Source: Candidatus Thorarchaeota archaeon
GTDB lineage: Archaea > Asgardarchaeota > Heimdallarchaeia > Hodarchaeales > Hodarchaeaceae
DNA length: 32,000 nt
Direction of reading: 5' to 3'
NCBI GenBank assembly: GCA_048882505.1
Contig: JBHLRO010000004.1
Location: 110,193-142,192 of the forward strand
The position numbers were made by a program, and so were the translations under genes. Shown piece by piece: positions 28,134-32,000 of this stretch. The first letter of the stretch is position 1; each line of letters starts with the position of its first letter. The notes beneath the pieces are model-generated. The model was not told the DNA's origin. It ran no database searches and saw only the letters and a program-made list of their open reading frames with translations.

Positions 28134-29297
28134 ATGGCGAGTACCAGACACTTATTTACTTCAGAATCGGTAACAGAGGGACATCCAGACAAAATGGCCG
28201 ATCAAATTTCCGATGCCGTACTTGATTCAATTTTATCCGAGGATCCTAACGGACGAGTGGCTTGTGAGACATATTTGACGACTGGTATGGCGATTGTTGG
28301 GGGAGAAATTAGCACCACTGCATATGTTGATATTCAAGATATTGTACGCAGTACAGTAAAAGATATTGGTTATACAGACGCAAGAATGGGATTTGATTAC
28401 CAGACGGTCGGTGTTTTAAACGCAATTCACGAACAAAGCCCTGATATCGCCCAGGGGGTCGTTAGACCTACCCCCGAAGAGCAGGGTGCAGGAGACCAGG
28501 GACTCATGTTTGGGTACGCATGTGATGAAACATCTTCTTTTATGCCTCTTCCCATTACTTTAGCTCATGCATTAACTATGAGACTAGCTGAAGCCCGAAA
28601 AAAACGTGAAATCTCTTGGTTACGTCCTGATGGGAAATCCCAAGTTACAGTTGAGTATCTAAATGGCAAACCAAACAGTGTCCGAACCGTAGTAATTGCA
28701 GCACAACATAATGAAGAGGTATCGCACACTGAACTTAAAGAAGAGACCATCGAGAAAATCATTAAAAAAGTTGTACCTGCTAGATATTTAACAGAAAAAA
28801 CCGAATATTTTGTCAATGAGACAGGCAGATTTGTCACGGGTGGACCCCATGGGGATACAGGCCTCACTGGGAGGAAAATAATTGTGGATACCTATGGGGG
28901 GGTAGGTAGTCATGGTGGAGGTTGTTTTTCTGGGAAAGATCCCTCTAAGGTTGACCGTAGCGGATCCTACGCAGCCAGATGGGCCGCAAAGAATATTGTC
29001 GCAGCTGGATTAGCTAAACGATGTGAAATTCAAGTGGCCTACGCAATTGGAGTACCGAAACCCCTGGGCATAAATATTGAAACAAAGGGGACATACGCCA
29101 TCCCAGAAGATGATATTCTCGAGCTGATCCACAAACATTTTGATTTCCGGCCGGGAATGATCATTGAGAGATTAAAACTCAAGCGCCCCATTTATAGGAA
29201 AACTGCAGCGTATGGTCATTTTGGACGGGAGGATCCCGATTTCTTGTGGGAGAAAACAGATATTGCAACAATTCTCAAAGAAAATGCTGGGATTTGA
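28134..29297 (+). CDS. metK: S-adenosylmethionine synthetase, bacterial/eukaryotic type
   Basis: [66 protein letters not shown]. Confidence 0.98.
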   Translation: MASTRHLFTSESVTEGHPDKMADQISDAVLDSILSEDPNGRVACETYLTTGMAIVGGEISTTAYVDIQDIVRSTVKDIGYTDARMGFDYQTVGVLNAIHEQSPDIAQGVVRPTPEEQGAGDQGLMFGYACDETSSFMPLPITLAHALTMRLAEARKKREISWLRPDGKSQVTVEYLNGKPNSVRTVVIAAQHNEEVSHTELKEETIEKIIKKVVPARYLTEKTEYFVNETGRFVTGGPHGDTGLTGRKIIVDTYGGVGSHGGGCFSGKDPSKVDRSGSYAARWAAKNIVAAGLAKRCEIQVAYAIGVPKPLGINIETKGTYAIPEDDILELIHKHFDFRPGMIIERLKLKRPIYRKTAAYGHFGREDPDFLWEKTDIATILKENAGI

Positions 29298-29331
29298 AAG
29301 GTTTTTCATTTGGAAATTGTGTGCAATCCTT

Positions 29332-30258
29332 TTAAGAAAATGCTACGCCCATAAAAAGCCAGAAAAAAGCAAATGCCATGAATAAAGAGGCCAATTTGAA
29401 TATTCTATATGTTCTGGTGTTGGAAGGGCGTCTGAGATTGGTTATGGCCTGATAAAATATAAAAAAACAGAAAACGAGAAGTATTAGCCAGGCTAAGGGA
29501 TTAATTTTCAACAAGATTCCTAAAACTATAATGATAAATGAACTCAAAAGCGCAGAAATAGTAATCACTCTGTATGTCTGTGTCTCGCCTTTTACGACCG
29601 GCCAGATGGGGATATTACAGTTTTTGTAACCTTCCAAATTCCTTGGTATTAGGGCAATTGAAAGGATATGCAGCGGAATCCAGCTAAGAACAAACAACCC
29701 TAGCAAGAGTCCAATTATATCTAATGCTCCCGTCGCCGCGGTTCGTCCTGCTATTGCTGGCAATCCCCCTGCGATACCACCAAAGATGATTGAAAACCGG
29801 GTTCGTCGTTTCAACCACAAAGAATAAATCACTACATCAAAAAAACAGCCTAAAAAGACCATTGTCATCGTAAGGGGATTGATAAAAACACCTGTAACTA
29901 AAATACCCGCAGTGGAGAAAGCAAGACCGTGGAAAAGTACAGTTGAAGGCCTTATTCTATTACTTGGTAAAGGCCGACCTCTTGTCCGGCCCATGGTAGC
30001 ATCGATATCGCGATCTACATACATGTTAAGCATCGTTGATCCTGAAATTGCGAGAAATAACCCCATGAGGAGCCAGAAAAAATTAGGCAATATAATCCCC
30101 GTAGGCCATGCACTTATTAGAAAAGCAAATGCTACAGTATACATCAAGAGAAAAGTTTGTTTGACCTTAATTAATTCTCCATAAAGAGAAAAAGAAAAGG
30201 AGGGATACATTGGCGCACCGTATCCCTGGATTGAATCTTGGATCTCTACTCGGGTCAT
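29332..30258 (-). CDS. ctaB: Protoheme IX farnesyltransferase (heme O synthase, UbiA family)
   Basis: NMYVDRDIDATMGRTRGRPLPS, YSLWLKRR, GGIAGGLP, SWIPLH, Y.NCNIP.WPV. ATG 30258 overlaps the upstream stop (ATGA), which supports this start over 30309. Confidence 0.9.
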   Translation of the reverse strand: MTRVEIQDSIQGYGAPMYPSFSFSLYGELIKVKQTFLLMYTVAFAFLISAWPTGIILPNFFWLLMGLFLAISGSTMLNMYVDRDIDATMGRTRGRPLPSNRIRPSTVLFHGLAFSTAGILVTGVFINPLTMTMVFLGCFFDVVIYSLWLKRRTRFSIIFGGIAGGLPAIAGRTAATGALDIIGLLLGLFVLSWIPLHILSIALIPRNLEGYKNCNIPIWPVVKGETQTYRVITISALLSSFIIIVLGILLKINPLAWLILLVFCFFIFYQAITNLRRPSNTRTYRIFKLASLFMAFAFFWLFMGVAFS

Positions 30259-31856
30259 CCTGTTACATCCATCTTGCCCTTGAGGATTTCTATTAACTGA
30301 TGGAAACAAAACATAATAAGCCCAAACACAAAAAGAACTATTCCAAGATCAATGATAAGGAAGGATAACTGCATCAGGGGAGTGTTTGCGATATATGTGT
30401 CAATAATGGCCTCTACATTTGCCACTCCGTAATAGATGCTTTGTGTGATTCTAGGATCAAAGTGAGGGGAGTAAATGAAGATAACCGCAAATAGGAAGCC
30501 AAGGATACTACCTATGTTCAGTATCCAACCAATCACTTGACGAACCCTGCCTTGAACATTCAAGTAGTCTAAAGCGAGAAGAAGCATTATGATCGCGGAA
30601 AGTGTCGCCAAAACATGCCAGTGTCCTCGAGCCACCATCAGTTCAACAAATTCGGGGCCGCTTTCCCGAAACGATGGAATCCCAGTGATTCGGGTCAATA
30701 TTGAATCGTCTCGTAGACTGAGGGCTAGAAAGATTCCAGGAAGAGTCATGACGATGTTTACCCAGATGAATTGAAAATATAAACCCAATTTCACGGGGTC
30801 CTTGAAAGCGGCCTTGATACGAGTGAACCGCGATGAAGAATCGTATGAATTTCCCAAAATTTCTTTGCTGGTCTTCTTCCAACCTGTAAAGGCCAGAACA
30901 ATTCCAGCCAGAAGGAGAATAGCAGCCCCAGCATAAATCAAATAATGCGAATCGAATGGCAAATTAATTTCGTCAGCGATAGTAACAAGCCAGGCTCCTA
31001 TTGACATTACTAGTATACCTGGTATAGTTAAAACCATGGATGCGAGATACCATCGCCCTTGTTGCTCGGGGAAGGTATAACGAAACACTACCAAGAGTAT
31101 CCCGACATCAATTAGTGCTAGCATGATATGGAGATGAGAGATTATTGCTGCTTCAAAGAGAGTATGTACAAGATGTCTTTCTATAAGAACGTGTTCAGCA
31201 AGGAATGCTTCAAATCCATTTCCAAAATATGCTCCTGCAGCAGCTCCGATTATCGTAGAAACTAAGACACAAAAAACAAACAATGCCAATGCGACTTGTG
31301 CAATATTAATACCGAACAGATAAGGGCCATCCAGCTTCTTTTCCGGATCTGGAAATTTTTTCCATGGAAACACTCCAATAAATAGAAAAAGCCCGCCTAG
31401 GAATACCAAAGAAAGGCCAAAAATAAAGAGCCCATGAATGATCCAGTTGTGAGGGAAGAAATAGGCAAATAATATTCCACAAATGGAAGCGATCATACTT
31501 CCAGGAAAAATCAAAATCTTAGTCCGGGATTCCCAATTCTTCCGAACATCGCAAAATTCCAGAATGAAGTAGGTTATCGCAGCCACAAAGGGGAGTGCAA
31601 ATGAATGATAAAGCATAACAATCCGTGCGACTCGTGTGCCATCATCTAATGTGATTGGTAACAGTGGAGCGCCAAGCAGGTTGACCATCGGTTCAGAGAA
31701 TGATCCCAAGGTTAAAATAAGGATAAATTCATAGACAATCGTGATTGTAAGTAATCCTCTATACGTTCCAAATCCATAATTTATTTTGGACCGTAACCAT
31801 TGGTTTTTACCAGGAAAAGAGTCTTCTTTGACTTTCTCAACGTGTATATTGGCCAT
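30255..31856 (-). CDS. Polytopic (~12 TM) His-rich membrane protein, possible divergent heme-copper-oxidase-superfamily/heme-binding protein
   Basis: About 12 hydrophobic segments with MLYHS, SHLHIML and GHWHVL at roughly one-third intervals; coupled to ctaB. GAGGT lies 7 nt before ATG 31856 (the ORF track starts at 31862). Confidence 0.7.
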   Translation of the reverse strand: MANIHVEKVKEDSFPGKNQWLRSKINYGFGTYRGLLTITIVYEFILILTLGSFSEPMVNLLGAPLLPITLDDGTRVARIVMLYHSFALPFVAAITYFILEFCDVRKNWESRTKILIFPGSMIASICGILFAYFFPHNWIIHGLFIFGLSLVFLGGLFLFIGVFPWKKFPDPEKKLDGPYLFGINIAQVALALFVFCVLVSTIIGAAAGAYFGNGFEAFLAEHVLIERHLVHTLFEAAIISHLHIMLALIDVGILLVVFRYTFPEQQGRWYLASMVLTIPGILVMSIGAWLVTIADEINLPFDSHYLIYAGAAILLLAGIVLAFTGWKKTSKEILGNSYDSSSRFTRIKAAFKDPVKLGLYFQFIWVNIVMTLPGIFLALSLRDDSILTRITGIPSFRESGPEFVELMVARGHWHVLATLSAIIMLLLALDYLNVQGRVRQVIGWILNIGSILGFLFAVIFIYSPHFDPRITQSIYYGVANVEAIIDTYIANTPLMQLSFLIIDLGIVLFVFGLIMFCFHQLIEILKGKMDVTG

Positions 31857-31897
31857 CAACATACCTCGATTATGTCATTTTTAATGGTTAAAACATA

Positions 31898-31912
31898 TTT
31901 ATTATTAAAAAT
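31898..31912 (-). promoter_or_regulatory. Possible TATA box for the 31856-29332 operon
   Basis: TTTTAATA(ATAAAT) on the minus strand about 45 nt upstream of the start. A similar TTTTAATAAA lies upstream of tfb (~17336-17345). Confidence 0.3.
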
Positions 31913-32000
31913 TGCTGTTAGATTAATTACGATTTAAAAGCCGAGAACTCTAATCAGCATGGAGTAATTATGATCAGTTTTCTTGTTTTGCAATTTAAAA

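Noticed and set aside
30255-31862. Firm call as cytochrome c oxidase subunit I or heme A synthase (ctaA)
   Set aside because: The HPxVY and HH CuB motifs and the CtaA E-x-x-H-R motifs are absent; kept only as a hypothesis.
1-32000. CRISPR arrays, tRNA/rRNA genes, IS elements, integrases
   Set aside because: By eye I saw no spaced direct repeats, cloverleaf or rRNA signatures, transposase motifs or terminal inverted repeats; a tRNAscan/Infernal run would be needed to exclude small RNAs.

Overview
Archaeal chromosomal window, most likely from an Asgard archaeon and possibly Heimdallarchaeia/Hodarchaeales (inference from TFB, a geranylgeranyl reductase, archaeal HflX, a longin/uDENN-like domain and bacterial-type MetK and PPi-PFK). 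I saw no rRNA, tRNA, CRISPR array or transposase. About 24 CDSs are supportable. Most are housekeeping or metabolic: tfb, hflX, pfp, GGR, nucleoside phosphorylase, metK, ctaB, yjbQ, an S8 protease, a BMP-family binding protein, an EamA transporter and two regulators. Three things stand out. (1) A tightly coupled operon at 11234-15134 encodes a DUF6884-like protein, a TGT/DpdA-like base-exchange enzyme without the Zn motif, and a Type III Mod-like methyltransferase built as a single-chain pseudo-dimer (dead copy with a long TRD plus an active-looking copy), with no restriction subunit: a candidate new nucleic-acid modification system. (2) A giant, 5'-truncated surface protein (>2880 aa; DUF2341/LamG modules, about 10 Ig-like repeats, one TM helix) ends in a cytoplasmic folliculin/SMCR8-like longin (uDENN) domain: a receptor-like architecture. 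(3) A ~12-TM His-rich protein with heme-copper-oxidase-like threefold His spacing but no CuB HH pair is translationally coupled to ctaB. All family calls come from motif recognition by eye; no database searches were run.
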